From an uncultured Bacilli bacterium (GTDB taxonomy: Bacteria > Bacillota_I > Bacilli_A > RF39 > UBA660): 64,000 bases of DNA. Of this stretch, positions 28,524 through 38,989 are shown one piece after another. Position 1 is the stretch's first letter, and every line of letters begins with the position of its first letter. Both the position numbers and the translations under genes were made by a program. The DNA is taken from assembly GCA_934096125.1 (NCBI GenBank), contig CAKOLB010000002.1, forward strand, positions 41,293-105,292, in the 5' to 3' direction. Below the pieces are notes generated by a model. The model saw only the letters and a list, made by a program, of their open reading frames with translations, did not search any database and was not told where the DNA came from.

Positions 28524-30058
28524 TCTATTCTAATCGGGTCGTCGGCGCTACCACTCCCCGATACATAGGTTACAAAAGACTCAAGATTGAAGGACGGCCG
28601 AACCACATGCGTAAACGACGCATCGCTGCAGCCCACATACCCAAATTGATACACAATGAACACACGATTCGCATAGTTCGAATCCCGGGAAATAGTCCAT
28701 TCATTACTGCCACCATTATATAGCCAGTTTTCTTTAATTCCTTTTCGGATGTCTTCTCCATCACCTTTATAACCAGGCAATGACCAATATTTTGGACTAG
28801 CTGCAAATCCATAATCTGATGCATACATTAACCCTATTTTTGCTGGGTATTCTGTGGCATTATCAGTTGTATTTGTTGTTACCGGATTTACGATTTCATT
28901 TTGATATGTTGTTGCTGGTACTACGTCACGTATATTTGCGGATGTATTTCCCCCAACTTTCCATGTTGTAGTTGCTATCTTATTTGCCCATTCTGTTCCT
29001 ATATTTGTTATGAAATTTGTATTTAAATTTGTTTTATTTAACAAACTTGTACTCCATGTATTTGAACCACTTCTTGAATTTATTGTTGTGTCTGCTTTGT
29101 AGTTCCAGTAATAACCCCTAGATCCATAATCTCCATCCATTCCAAGTAAAGTATCGCTGGCAACTGTGGCTTTAATAAGTTTCACTTGACCTTCCTTAAC
29201 ATAAATTATACGGTATAAATTATCTTCTGGACATGGACTTGCAGTTGAACCAAAGCATACATAATTGTCGGGATTTGCTCCTGAATATCTGTAAGAGTCA
29301 TCTTCTGCTCCTAACGTTAAATTACTATCATGATGGTATAAACTTGCTGCTTGACCATACTCCGCATTTAAGTCAGTTAAACATGTTGCTAAATTACTAC
29401 CACTAGTGCATCCGCTTGTTGCTAGCGTATATTGTGAATTTTTGCTTATTTGGAGTACTCCACTAAAGCTCTTACCAGCATTACTGGTTTGATCGCTATT
29501 AAGATTAACTAGTGTTACTCCTACTTTCCAGTTATCTGTTTTATTTGGAGATGCTGATATTTCATAATAATCAGCTAGTTTTATTGGGCCAGTATAAGTT
29601 GTGATATCAAAGCCACTTACTCCTCCAGAAGTTACATAATTCATCCCATCAAGCTCTGTTACAACCGTCCCTGTTGGGTCTGTGATGGTTAGAAGTAACT
29701 CTGCAGAATTATCAGATGTTGTGTATATGAAAGGATTATTTGTAATATTAAAATAAAGATAATAATGCTCTGTTGCTTCATTTGTAGCATCGTTGGCTGT
29801 AAGCAAGGCTGTTGCTGTAGTACTACCTGTCACATTACCTTTCCCACTTGCAAATGATGTTTGATCGGCTGTTAGAGCAATAGATTTACCCACACTAAAA
29901 GAGAGATTATCAGTTGTTGATGTTTGTATTCTTACGCTACTATTTGACGTAGCACCACCTTGTGCAACAAAGTATGCATATGTTGCTCCCACAACTAACA
30001 CAAACAAAAACATTAAAGCCAAGATATACTTAACTTGTTTACTTTTTAATCTATCCAT
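28520..30058 (-). CDS. TasA/camelysin-like secreted protein with SipW-cognate-type signal peptide (paralog B, ~512 aa)
   Basis: Start ATG at 30058 (MDRLKSK..) preceded by AAGGTGGA; the ORF-track start 30067 is a GTG inside the RBS. N-terminal 300 aa are nearly identical to paralog A, with variable patches in the C-terminal half. Confidence 0.65.
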   Translation of the reverse strand: MDRLKSKQVKYILALMFLFVLVVGATYAYFVAQGGATSNSSVRIQTSTTDNLSFSVGKSIALTADQTSFASGKGNVTGSTTATALLTANDATNEATEHYYLYFNITNNPFIYTTSDNSAELLLTITDPTGTVVTELDGMNYVTSGGVSGFDITTYTGPIKLADYYEISASPNKTDNWKVGVTLVNLNSDQTSNAGKSFSGVLQISKNSQYTLATSGCTSGSNLATCLTDLNAEYGQAASLYHHDSNLTLGAEDDSYRYSGANPDNYVCFGSTASPCPEDNLYRIIYVKEGQVKLIKATVASDTLLGMDGDYGSRGYYWNYKADTTINSRSGSNTWSTSLLNKTNLNTNFITNIGTEWANKIATTTWKVGGNTSANIRDVVPATTYQNEIVNPVTTNTTDNATEYPAKIGLMYASDYGFAASPKYWSLPGYKGDGEDIRKGIKENWLYNGGSNEWTISRDSNYANRVFIVYQFGYVGCSDASFTHVVRPSFNLESFVTYVSGSGSADDPIRID

Positions 30059-30129
30059 AACGTCCACCTTACATTTATTATAGTACTTAGCATTTCCAAT
30101 TTATACTTTCATATGTATTCATTTTGCAA

Positions 30130-32073
30130 TCAATTTGCATTTTCTTTTTCTAATAAAACATTAATTATATCTTTAGTTATCTTACTGGCACCATAGTAAA
30201 AGCCATCAGTTCTCCCCTTTTTATGGGAAATATTTGGGGTCATAACAATTAAACTGTATCTTGGGTTTGTGGAAGGATAAAAACCTATAAAACTAGAAGA
30301 AATTGTTGCAACATCAACTTTTTTGTCATTATTTATGTCAAGAAATGATTCGCTAGTTCCAGTTTTGCCAGCGAAATCAAGCCCTTTTGGAACATAAATT
30401 TTTCCTGTTCCCTCTTTTAAAACTAGTCTTAACCCCTCTTTTATTCTTTCTTGATAAACTTCATCTACAGAAACACTGTTTAATACTTCGGGTTTATTTT
30501 CATAAATAAGCGAACTATCATGCCTTATTTCTTTCATTAAACTAAGTTTAGTTCGCTTTCCTGTTGCAAGAGATGAGGTATACTGAAGCATTTGCACTGG
30601 AGTATATGCATCATACTGACCGATTGATAAGTTGAGCAAAAGGTCATCAGCGATTTTTTCACCCTTTAATCCTTCACTTTCAAGAGGAAGGTCAATACCA
30701 GTTTTTGTGCCAAGGCCAAAACTTGCGAGCATTGAGCGATAGATATCAAAATGTTTTTGGCTAGCATTTAACTTCATATTGGGAGTATAAGTATTACCTG
30801 TTAGTTTGATAGCAATTAAATACTGGTAGTAGTTTGAAGAATTAGCCAAAGCTGTTAAATCATTAATTTTACCTAAGTTTTTAAAACTACATTTTTTAGG
30901 AATGTAATATAGTTTAACACAAGCATCATTAACATACTCTCCAGGGGTTATTAAGCCATTTTGATAACCAACGGCAATAGTTGCTCCTTTTACACTACTG
31001 CCAACGGTAAAAGAAGTATTAATGGTATTTAAACTAATGTCACTAAAAGTGTTATCATCATTTAATCTTTGGCCAGCAATAGCTAAAACTTCTCCCGTAC
31101 TTGGGTCACTTAAAAGAGCATAACTATCTTTGTAGTACTCGGTATTGGGATAAGTCTTTCCGAGTGTAATTTTATCTTTTAATATTTCTTCTATTTTTTC
31201 TTGAAGTTCTATATCTATTGATAAAACTAAATCATTTCCCTTTTCTTCTTCTTTTACTAAATATAAACTTTTATCTTTATTTACTTTGTAAATAGCTTTT
31301 TTACCTTGCAAATAGTTATCATAAACTTTTTCTAAGTAACTAATTCCTACGGTATCTGATATGCTGTAGCCACTTTTTAAATAGTTAGTAATATTATCTT
31401 CGGGGATTTTGCCAATAGAGCCAAAAATATTTTTTAATGTATCATTATATAAGTATTTACGCTTCCAAGACATACCACCGATGATGCCAGGAAGATTTTT
31501 TTCAATAACTTTGGCATATTCACTATCACTAACACCACTAAATATTAGCTTTTTACTGTAAAGGTAACCAGTATTCATAACACTATAAATATAAGCTGCT
31601 TTTTTATTTTCTTCATCATAGTTTATCATTTCATCAGTTATTCTCTCAATTTTTCTTTTCTCTAGCTCTTTTTTAGTTATTTTTCTTTTTTCTAAATCAG
31701 CATATTCTTTACTGGTTATTAAATTTTTTCCATTATTATTAGTAGCTAAATAATATGTTTTTAAGGCGCTAATACTTCCCCTTGGCACACTTAAAATACT
31801 AGCAAGTTTTTTAGATATTTCTAGTTCTTTTTCAGTCGTTATTCCTTTTAACTTTTCATAATATATAGCTTTAGTTCCCTCATTATCAACGAGTACTTTG
31901 CCATTTCGGTCAAGTATTCTTCCCCTTGGGCTACTTGGACCATAAACAACAATATCAGTCTTTGCAGATAACTTTTTATCATAATACTCTTTATCTTTAG
32001 ATATATATATTAATTTAAAAAAGAGAATACTAAACATAGTAAGTAAAAATATATATAATGTAAATTTTTTCAT
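30130..32073 (-). CDS. class B penicillin-binding protein (PBP2/SpoVD-like transpeptidase)
   Basis: 647 aa; N-terminal TM; transpeptidase motifs SSVK (SxxK), SxN, AGKTGTSE (KTG). Confidence 0.8.
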   Translation of the reverse strand: MKKFTLYIFLLTMFSILFFKLIYISKDKEYYDKKLSAKTDIVVYGPSSPRGRILDRNGKVLVDNEGTKAIYYEKLKGITTEKELEISKKLASILSVPRGSISALKTYYLATNNNGKNLITSKEYADLEKRKITKKELEKRKIERITDEMINYDEENKKAAYIYSVMNTGYLYSKKLIFSGVSDSEYAKVIEKNLPGIIGGMSWKRKYLYNDTLKNIFGSIGKIPEDNITNYLKSGYSISDTVGISYLEKVYDNYLQGKKAIYKVNKDKSLYLVKEEEKGNDLVLSIDIELQEKIEEILKDKITLGKTYPNTEYYKDSYALLSDPSTGEVLAIAGQRLNDDNTFSDISLNTINTSFTVGSSVKGATIAVGYQNGLITPGEYVNDACVKLYYIPKKCSFKNLGKINDLTALANSSNYYQYLIAIKLTGNTYTPNMKLNASQKHFDIYRSMLASFGLGTKTGIDLPLESEGLKGEKIADDLLLNLSIGQYDAYTPVQMLQYTSSLATGKRTKLSLMKEIRHDSSLIYENKPEVLNSVSVDEVYQERIKEGLRLVLKEGTGKIYVPKGLDFAGKTGTSESFLDINNDKKVDVATISSSFIGFYPSTNPRYSLIVMTPNISHKKGRTDGFYYGASKITKDIINVLLEKENAN

Positions 32074-32126
32074 AATATTAGTATTATCTTTTTTTTACTT
32101 TACATACTATGTATTAGGGGGTTTAT

Positions 32127-32378
32127 GTGTTTAGTATTATAAATAGTTATATAGGTAAATTAAAAAAGGAAGATGTGAAAAATTTTGCTTTAAAAAAGGG
32201 AGCAAATTTAAGTGATGAAGAAGTTTCATTTACCTATGAGTTTATTAAAAGAGAGGGAATGGAAGCTTTGAAAAATCCAAGTACTTTTAATATTGATAGG
32301 TATAAAAGATATTATAGTGAAGAAAATTTTCGAAAAATAAAACAAGTATTTAATGAGTATTATCAGAAGTTTTTCTAA
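32127..32378 (+). CDS. hypothetical small protein
   Basis: 83-aa ORF, ends 4 nt inside nfo stop on opposite strand. Confidence 0.35.
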   Translation: MFSIINSYIGKLKKEDVKNFALKKGANLSDEEVSFTYEFIKREGMEALKNPSTFNIDRYKRYYSEENFRKIKQVFNEYYQKFF

Positions 32379-33244
32379 TAAAGCTCATTAAATACTTTTT
32401 CTTTTAAGTTCTTTATTTCTTCTTTGTATAATGGTTTATCATTTACCCATGGTGTTTCCAATATTTTGGGAACATTTTTTAGTCTTTCATTATAACAAAC
32501 ATCAAGCAGGGCATTAAAGCCTATTTGACCATAGCCAATATTTTCATGCCGGTCTTTATGAGATCCTCTTTCGTTTTTGCTGTCATTTAAATGAATACAC
32601 TTTATTTTATCAAGACTTAAATGTAAAGCAAACTCATCAAGGTAAGCTTCAAAAGCGGTAATATCAATGCCTGAGTCATGAAGATGGCAAGTATCAAGGC
32701 ATACCCCAATATTGTCTTGTTTTTCTACCCTATCAATTATGTATTTTAATTCTTCAACAGTTTTGCCACACTCTGTTCCCTTGCCAGCCATTGTCTCTAG
32801 TAAAATTACTTCATCAGTTACATCTTCAAGGATAATATTTAAGGCATCAGCAATATTTTTTAAGGCTTTGCTTCTCTCTTGTTTTAAGCTATTTCCTGGG
32901 TGAAGTACCATATACTTGACATTCATCTTTCTAATTCTTGCTAGTTCATTTTTTAAAAAGGAAATTGAAAAATTCCATTTTTCTGGTGCTTCTTTATTTG
33001 CTAAGTTGATGATATATGGAGCATGGCAAATGACATTATCTAGAGAAATATTATGGGCATTTAAATACTCTAGGGCTTTGTTGGTATAGGTTTCATCAAT
33101 GCTTTTGCGAACAGTATTTTGGGGTGCTCCAGTATAAAACATAAAGGCATTTGCCCCATAACTTACTGCTTGCTCTGCTGCACCTAAAAGCTGATTTTCC
33201 TTAAAGTTTACGTGTGAGCCAATTATAATGCTACTATTATTCAT
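32375..33244 (-). CDS. nfo: endonuclease IV (AP endonuclease family 2)
   Basis: 289 aa TIM-barrel; IGSHVNF..., HAPYIINLA, LHPGN, CLDTCH, metal-binding His/Asp/Glu pattern of Nfo. Confidence 0.85.
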   Translation of the reverse strand: MNNSSIIIGSHVNFKENQLLGAAEQAVSYGANAFMFYTGAPQNTVRKSIDETYTNKALEYLNAHNISLDNVICHAPYIINLANKEAPEKWNFSISFLKNELARIRKMNVKYMVLHPGNSLKQERSKALKNIADALNIILEDVTDEVILLETMAGKGTECGKTVEELKYIIDRVEKQDNIGVCLDTCHLHDSGIDITAFEAYLDEFALHLSLDKIKCIHLNDSKNERGSHKDRHENIGYGQIGFNALLDVCYNERLKNVPKILETPWVNDKPLYKEEIKNLKEKVFNELY

Positions 33245-33800
33245 ATAGTCCTCCTTTTAACTACGAAAATCTATTCCATCAATACAATTTTCATATATCC
33301 ATTTTTTTTAATTCTCAAAATCATTTGTTTCGTAAAATTTGATTAGTTTTTCAAAAAATACTGGTTGTCTTCATTAGCAATTTCAGTCTTACTTTTTCTT
33401 TATTATTTAATATTGTATTTAACTCATCATTAATATTACTTTCTGCATCATGCCTATTTTTACTTTATGCTTTTCCTAAAACTTCTTCAGCTACTAGTTT
33501 ATCACAAACTAATTTATGTAAGTGACACAATAGTTTGAAATCATAATCTATATCCTTATTTTCCAAAATAAATTGCCATACATATTTCAAGTTATTAATG
33601 GCAATAACACTATCTACAGTTAATCCGTTTATTATTCCCCCATCGTATAACACGCAAGTTACTGGATAAGTTATGGCAATTTTCTCAAGATTGGCACTCT
33701 TTCAAATGTAATCAACAATATTTTTTTTGAAACAAATACATTTTCTTCTCTGGTTAACTCAAATTTATTTTCCATTGATAAACCAACCTTTCAATAACTA
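33245..33800 (-). pseudogene. degraded gene remnant (frameshifts/stops)
   Basis: Minus strand gives MENKFELTREENVFVSKKILLITFERVPILRKLP*, then in another frame MLYDGGIINGLTVDSVIAINNLKYVWQFILENKDIDYDFKLLCHLHKLVCDKLVAEEVLGKA*. No continuous ORF. Confidence 0.35.
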
Positions 33801-33842
33801 AATTATAGCATAAATTGGAATTTTATAAACATAAACTTTATT

Positions 33843-34220
33843 ATGGATGATGTAATAAAAAAATTAAAAAGATTAGATAGAGAAGATTTAATTTGGATTA
33901 TATATTTTTTTATTGCAACATTTGCTCTACTTTCCAATAAACTAGATAGAGACTTTTTACTAACTAAAGATTATAATGCTTACAAAAAAGAAAAAAAAAT
34001 TAATATTTCTATATTTTTTGTAGCTTTTTTTATATATCTTTACTTTGTTATGATTCTTAATAGTGACCTAAATAATATGGAAAAAAATTTTAGTAATAAA
34101 AAATATAGAAGCACTTACATTCAACTGATTGCAGCACTTCTATTTTTAGTGGGTGGTTTTATATATCTTTTTAATGAATTATTTTTAAATGATGAATTAG
34201 ATGTAGGAATTATCTCCTAA
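33843..34220 (+). CDS. hypothetical membrane protein
   Basis: 125 aa, 3 TM helices. Confidence 0.4.
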   Translation: MDDVIKKLKRLDREDLIWIIYFFIATFALLSNKLDRDFLLTKDYNAYKKEKKINISIFFVAFFIYLYFVMILNSDLNNMEKNFSNKKYRSTYIQLIAALLFLVGGFIYLFNELFLNDELDVGIIS

Positions 34221-35421
34221 AGCCTTGGTAAGCCGTATGGGCTTCGAGAGTAGTATTTGTAGCTTTAGCTAGGTCGCTTACTGTTACAACTTGATAGCCT
34301 CGAACATAAAGAATTGGTAAAAGCTTACTTATTGCTTCCACACTAGTTTTATGAATATCATGAAATAAAATAATATTACCATCGTTTAAATGCTCTAAAG
34401 TATAATTTACAAGATAATCACTATCCCGGTGGCGCCAGTCTTCTGTGTCAATATTCCAAAGGATAAAAGGAGCATCTAAAGCATTTTTGATATCACTATT
34501 GATTGCACCATATGGAGGCCTTACAAGATGAAAGGTATCTCCGGTGATATTTTTAAGTGTTTCATTACTTAAGTTAAATTCTTCTTGCACTGTTGCTAGC
34601 TCTTGCCTTTTGAAACTAGTATGGGCATAGGAATGATAACCAATTTCCATTTTCAATTTAGCTGCTCTTTTGACAACATCCGCATAATAAGATATGTTTT
34701 TGCCAAGCATAAAGAAAGTAGATCTGGCTTTATTATCCTCTAGTATATCAAGTAGTTCATTTGTGTAACTGCCTGGGCCATCATCAAAGGTAATTGCCAC
34801 AAGCTTTTTATTTAAATCGATAGTAGTGCCATCTTCTGGGGCATAAGTGCTATCATAACTTACTGGAATATCTAGCATATCTTTTACATCATTATAATTA
34901 ACTTTGATAAATAAATTTTCCTCTGGCGCTGGGTTTATAGCATAGTCATAAAAGTAAATCACAAGCTCATTTTTCCTTACAACATAAACATTGTTATGGT
35001 CATGTTTTTCTAATACACTTGAGATAAATTTAGGGTATTTAAGAGAAATAAGCTCTGTCACCTTTTGCCAAAATTTATCTTTATATTCACTTTTAATAAG
35101 ACTTTCAAAACTTAATGTTTCACCAGTTTTAGAAGAGAAAATTAAAGATACATATCTTCCATCTTTTTGACTTACGATATTTATAAACTTTTTGCCTAAA
35201 TCATTTTCTTCAACCAGCGTTTCTAAACTCTCTTTGTATTCCTTTATCTTAGGACTATCTTCCCCATTTGTAAATTTATCAACACTACTAACGCTATAAA
35301 TAACATTACCAGAGAGTCTCTTTAAATCTAGAGATGAAGAGATGCTAAAAATGCAAACCATAATTAGAGCAAGTAATAATATAATATTTTCTTTAAGTGT
35401 TTTTTTTCTTTTAAACTTCAT
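34210..35421 (-). CDS. polysaccharide deacetylase family protein (NodB homology), membrane-anchored
   Basis: ITFDDGPGSYTNELLDIL, HSYAHTSF His motif. Confidence 0.8.
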   Translation of the reverse strand: MKFKRKKTLKENIILLLALIMVCIFSISSSLDLKRLSGNVIYSVSSVDKFTNGEDSPKIKEYKESLETLVEENDLGKKFINIVSQKDGRYVSLIFSSKTGETLSFESLIKSEYKDKFWQKVTELISLKYPKFISSVLEKHDHNNVYVVRKNELVIYFYDYAINPAPEENLFIKVNYNDVKDMLDIPVSYDSTYAPEDGTTIDLNKKLVAITFDDGPGSYTNELLDILEDNKARSTFFMLGKNISYYADVVKRAAKLKMEIGYHSYAHTSFKRQELATVQEEFNLSNETLKNITGDTFHLVRPPYGAINSDIKNALDAPFILWNIDTEDWRHRDSDYLVNYTLEHLNDGNIILFHDIHKTSVEAISKLLPILYVRGYQVVTVSDLAKATNTTLEAHTAYQGFRR

Positions 35422-35432
35422 TTTTATCTTCC

Positions 35433-36848
35433 TTAAATGTTTTTAATATTTTTTCTTGTAAATATATATAATGATATAATAATCATAATAAGAGCGTAGA
35501 TTAAACAGGTTATTATACTTTGGAAAAGACTTATATTATAAGGGGACGTGCCACCGAATAAAAAGTAAGATAGATTCCAGTTTGTGGTAATAAAATAATT
35601 TAAAAACTTTATTTTATAATCTAAAGCTAAAGCATTGATGATACTTTCAGTGATTAGGCCAAAGAATGTAATAGCTATGGAAAAGGCTGTATTACATAAA
35701 ATGGTTGAAAGGCTAAATGCTAAAAGGGAACTTAAGAATATGTATGGTACTTTACAAATGGTTATAAGAAGAAAATAAGGAAAAATATTTAAAACGCTTA
35801 AAGAGTTCTTATTTAAATCGTAATTTACCACAGGGACGCTAAGAGAGTCAAAGCCAAAGAATATACCTCCAATTATTAGCTCAAAAACAAATGTTATAAG
35901 AATACCAAAGATAATCATAAGCATGATAGTTATGAGCTTTGATAAAAGAATACTTTTTCTTGTATGAGGAGTAATTAGTAAAGACTTAACTGTTCCTTTG
36001 TTAAATTCTTCACTCATTATAGAGCCACTAATCATTATTACAAAAACAAGTATTAAAAAGATATAATCATTATAAAAATTAATTATTCCATAGCGAAGTG
36101 TATCGCTTTTATTAGTATCAACTTTATTTTTTAGAATATACTCATTTTCATAGTAGGCCTTTAGGCCATTATCTACGGCTTCTTTTTCACTTTCATCGAA
36201 GCTTTTGTATTTGGACCGCGCTAAAAATGTTAAGTTACTAATTACAGCATCATAAGCTTCATTTAAATAGTCATATTTATAAGCGATATTATTATCTATT
36301 CGAAAGCTAAGCCACTTGATGCTTTCTTTTGATATAAAAAGTGCTTCTTCTAGGCTATTTTTCTCTCTTTGACTTATAGTTTTATCTAGTAGCATAGCTT
36401 CTATATTTTGGGTATTTTCTTTTTCTTCTGTTAGCTTTTCTTCGGCAAAATATTTCCAGTTATTATTATCTAGAGCTTGCATTGCACTTTCATAAGCTTT
36501 TTTAGCTGATTTTAAATTATCTTTGTTTATGTAATAAGCATCATAGTAATTATAAACATAGTCATAAAGCATGTTTGCAGCTAGGTAGTACTGAACCGAT
36601 TTTTCATCATACTTATTTAATAACTCATTAATTTTTTTATCAGTTTTAACATAGACTTTATCGGCATCTTCCAAATTATCGATGCTACTATATACTTCTT
36701 GCACGCCCGCAGCATTATCATATCCGGCATCACTACTATAGATATAGTTTATAAGAATCATAAAAAGAAAAATGATACCAAGGACGATATAAGTACTTTT
36801 TTTATGGAAAATTTTAAATAATTCATTTTTGACTAGATTAATCATGGT
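35433..36848 (-). CDS. ABC-2 type transporter permease with large N-terminal extracytoplasmic domain
   Basis: Likely start MINLVKNELFKI (M24 of track ORF); 6 TM in the C-terminal half. Confidence 0.65.
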   Translation of the reverse strand, partial: TMINLVKNELFKIFHKKSTYIVLGIIFLFMILINYIYSSDAGYDNAAGVQEVYSSIDNLEDADKVYVKTDKKINELLNKYDEKSVQYYLAANMLYDYVYNYYDAYYINKDNLKSAKKAYESAMQALDNNNWKYFAEEKLTEEKENTQNIEAMLLDKTISQREKNSLEEALFISKESIKWLSFRIDNNIAYKYDYLNEAYDAVISNLTFLARSKYKSFDESEKEAVDNGLKAYYENEYILKNKVDTNKSDTLRYGIINFYNDYIFLILVFVIMISGSIMSEEFNKGTVKSLLITPHTRKSILLSKLITIMLMIIFGILITFVFELIIGGIFFGFDSLSVPVVNYDLNKNSLSVLNIFPYFLLITICKVPYIFLSSLLAFSLSTILCNTAFSIAITFFGLITESIINALALDYKIKFLNYFITTNWNLSYFLFGGTSPYNISLFQSIITCLIYALIMIIISLYIFTRKNIKNI

Positions 36849-37725
36849 TACCTCCTGCAGCTTGGAAGAATGCTTCTTCAAGGGTTGTTTTTTCTGCATA
36901 TACTTCGTAAATATCAATATTTTCTTTACTTAGTTTTTTAATAGTTTTGGCAATATTTTCTTTACTACCAGAGATTTTAAAGCTATCACTTGTTATATCG
37001 AAAGCATCATCAAGTTTTAAATCTTTAGTACTGTTTACTTTAAAGATATATTTATTTTCTTTAAGTTTCAAGGATGATAAGTCTTTTTCTTCTAAAACTT
37101 TGCCACTTTTGATGATTAAAACTTTGTTGCAAAAGCTTTCTAGCTCGGATAAATTATGACTAGAGATGAGTATACCTACGTTTTTTTTAGCTAAGTTTTT
37201 CAAAATTTCTCGTAAATCTTTGATACCCTCAGGGTCTAGTCCATTAGTTGGCTCATCTAAAATTAAAACCCTAGGGTTATTGATAAGACTTCGGGCAATT
37301 CCCAGTCTTTGACGCATTCCTAAAGAATATTTGCTAACCTTTTCATGAATGTTATTTTCAAGTTTTACGAGCCTAACTATCTCCATTATTTTTTTATCAC
37401 TAATATTTTTATAAAGACGGGCAAAAAGTTTTAGGTTTTGATATCCCGTTAGATACATGTACATATCAGGACTTTCTACGATAGCTCCGACTTTTTCCAT
37501 AGCTTTGACAAAATCTTTTTGCATATCTAAGCCACATAAAATAACTTTACCTTTATCTATTTTTTGCATTCCTAAAATAAGCTTGATGGTTGTTGTTTTT
37601 CCAGAGCCATTTGGGCCGATAAATGCTAGGATATCACCTTCATATAAACTAAATGATACATCTTGTAATATTTCTTTCTTGCCAAATTTTTTTGATAAAT
37701 GTTGACATTCTAATAATTTTTTCAT
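36838..37725 (-). CDS. ABC transporter ATP-binding protein
   Basis: Walker A GPNGSGKTT, signature LSLGMRQR, Walker B ILILDEPTNGLD. Confidence 0.85.
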   Translation of the reverse strand: MKKLLECQHLSKKFGKKEILQDVSFSLYEGDILAFIGPNGSGKTTTIKLILGMQKIDKGKVILCGLDMQKDFVKAMEKVGAIVESPDMYMYLTGYQNLKLFARLYKNISDKKIMEIVRLVKLENNIHEKVSKYSLGMRQRLGIARSLINNPRVLILDEPTNGLDPEGIKDLREILKNLAKKNVGILISSHNLSELESFCNKVLIIKSGKVLEEKDLSSLKLKENKYIFKVNSTKDLKLDDAFDITSDSFKISGSKENIAKTIKKLSKENIDIYEVYAEKTTLEEAFFQAAGGNHD

Positions 37726-37757
37726 ATTTCTCCTTTTTTTCCTATTATAGCATGACT

Positions 37758-38627
37758 TTATTTTCTATTAAAGGTTTTAAAATAGATATCTTTTAAGTGG
37801 TCGGTTGAAACATGAGTATAGATACCTGTAGTACTTAAGCTAGAGTGGCCAAGCAAGGTTTGTACAGTTTTAATATCAGCGCCATTATTTAGAAGGTGAG
37901 TAGCAAAAGTATGCCTGATTGTATGCGGGGTTACATGAGTTTTTAGAGAAATGTTTCTCATAATTTTTTTAAATATTTCTTCAACTTCAACAACGCTTAA
38001 TTTTTCCTTATTACTTTTGGCAAATAAATAATTACTATTATAATTTAAATTTGCTTTTAAATACTCTTTTAAATACTTATCAGCATACTCTCCATAGTAA
38101 ACAATTCGTTCTTTACTTCCCTTGCCCATTACTTTAATTTGCCGGGTGGAAGTATTGATATCTGCTAGTTTGATATTGATTATTTCACTAACTCGGCAGC
38201 CTGTTGCATAAAGCATTTCTAAAAGAAGACGAAACTTTAGCCCATCTTCTCCCATGCTACTTGCATGTTTAAGTAAATCTTCCATCTCTGTGTAGCTTAA
38301 ATAGTTTGGAAGTTTACGGGCTATCTTGGGGTTTTTGATACTTAAGAAAATGTTATGGGTTACTTTTTTTTCACTTAACAAAAAGTTGTAAAAGGACCGC
38401 AATGCACTAATACGTCTTGAGATAGTGCTGTTTTGCAAATCTAAAGTATCTAAATACTTAAGGTAAGAGCGAACGGTACTTGCATCAATTTGTAAATAAT
38501 CTATTTTATTTTTTTCTAAATATGAAAAGAAATCAGTTATGTCAAGCTGATATCCTTTAATTGTATTTTCTGAAAAATTTAAGTTCTTTTTTAGATATTC
38601 AAGAAAGTTTACGATTTCTTTTGGCAT
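37758..38627 (-). CDS. tyrosine recombinase (XerC/XerD-like)
   Basis: 289 aa; R...HTIRHTFATHLLNNGADIKTVQTLLGHSSLSTTGIYTHV (RHRH..Y catalytic set). Confidence 0.8.
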   Translation of the reverse strand: MPKEIVNFLEYLKKNLNFSENTIKGYQLDITDFFSYLEKNKIDYLQIDASTVRSYLKYLDTLDLQNSTISRRISALRSFYNFLLSEKKVTHNIFLSIKNPKIARKLPNYLSYTEMEDLLKHASSMGEDGLKFRLLLEMLYATGCRVSEIINIKLADINTSTRQIKVMGKGSKERIVYYGEYADKYLKEYLKANLNYNSNYLFAKSNKEKLSVVEVEEIFKKIMRNISLKTHVTPHTIRHTFATHLLNNGADIKTVQTLLGHSSLSTTGIYTHVSTDHLKDIYFKTFNRK

Positions 38628-38988
38628 GACGCTCTTTCCCTTCTAACTTAGATAGCTCTTTTTTCACTTCATCTATTTCATTTTCAAGTTTTCTAATTTT
38701 GCGAGAACACATAGTTATATCATGCCGACACTCAGTTTTAACTTCATAAAAAGCTTTTGGATCATCAATGCGATTTTCACAGTCTTTAATGTCGGCATTT
38801 AAAAGGATTATTTCTTTTTCTATAGAAGAAATATACATATGCACAATAAAAACTTTTTCTTCCTTTGTTAAAGGAAACATCATCTCTAGTTCTTCAGCAC
38901 TATACATACTCAAACTAGGATTTAATTTTATCATTTCTTTTAATTGTTCATTTCGATAATCAGTTATTATGTCCTCAACTCTTGTCAT
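38599..38988 (-). CDS. hypothetical coiled-coil protein
   Basis: 129 aa; overlaps the recombinase gene by 29 nt; Lys/Glu heptad-like C-terminus. Confidence 0.4.
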   Translation of the reverse strand: MTRVEDIITDYRNEQLKEMIKLNPSLSMYSAEELEMMFPLTKEEKVFIVHMYISSIEKEIILLNADIKDCENRIDDPKAFYEVKTECRHDITMCSRKIRKLENEIDEVKKELSKLEGKERHAKRNRKLS

Positions 38989-38989
38989 T

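Noticed and set aside
37758-38627. Tyrosine recombinase as a phage integrase marking a prophage
   Set aside because: Size and motifs fit XerC/XerD-type recombinases, and no phage structural/replication genes are present in the window; kept only as part of the cluster hypothesis.
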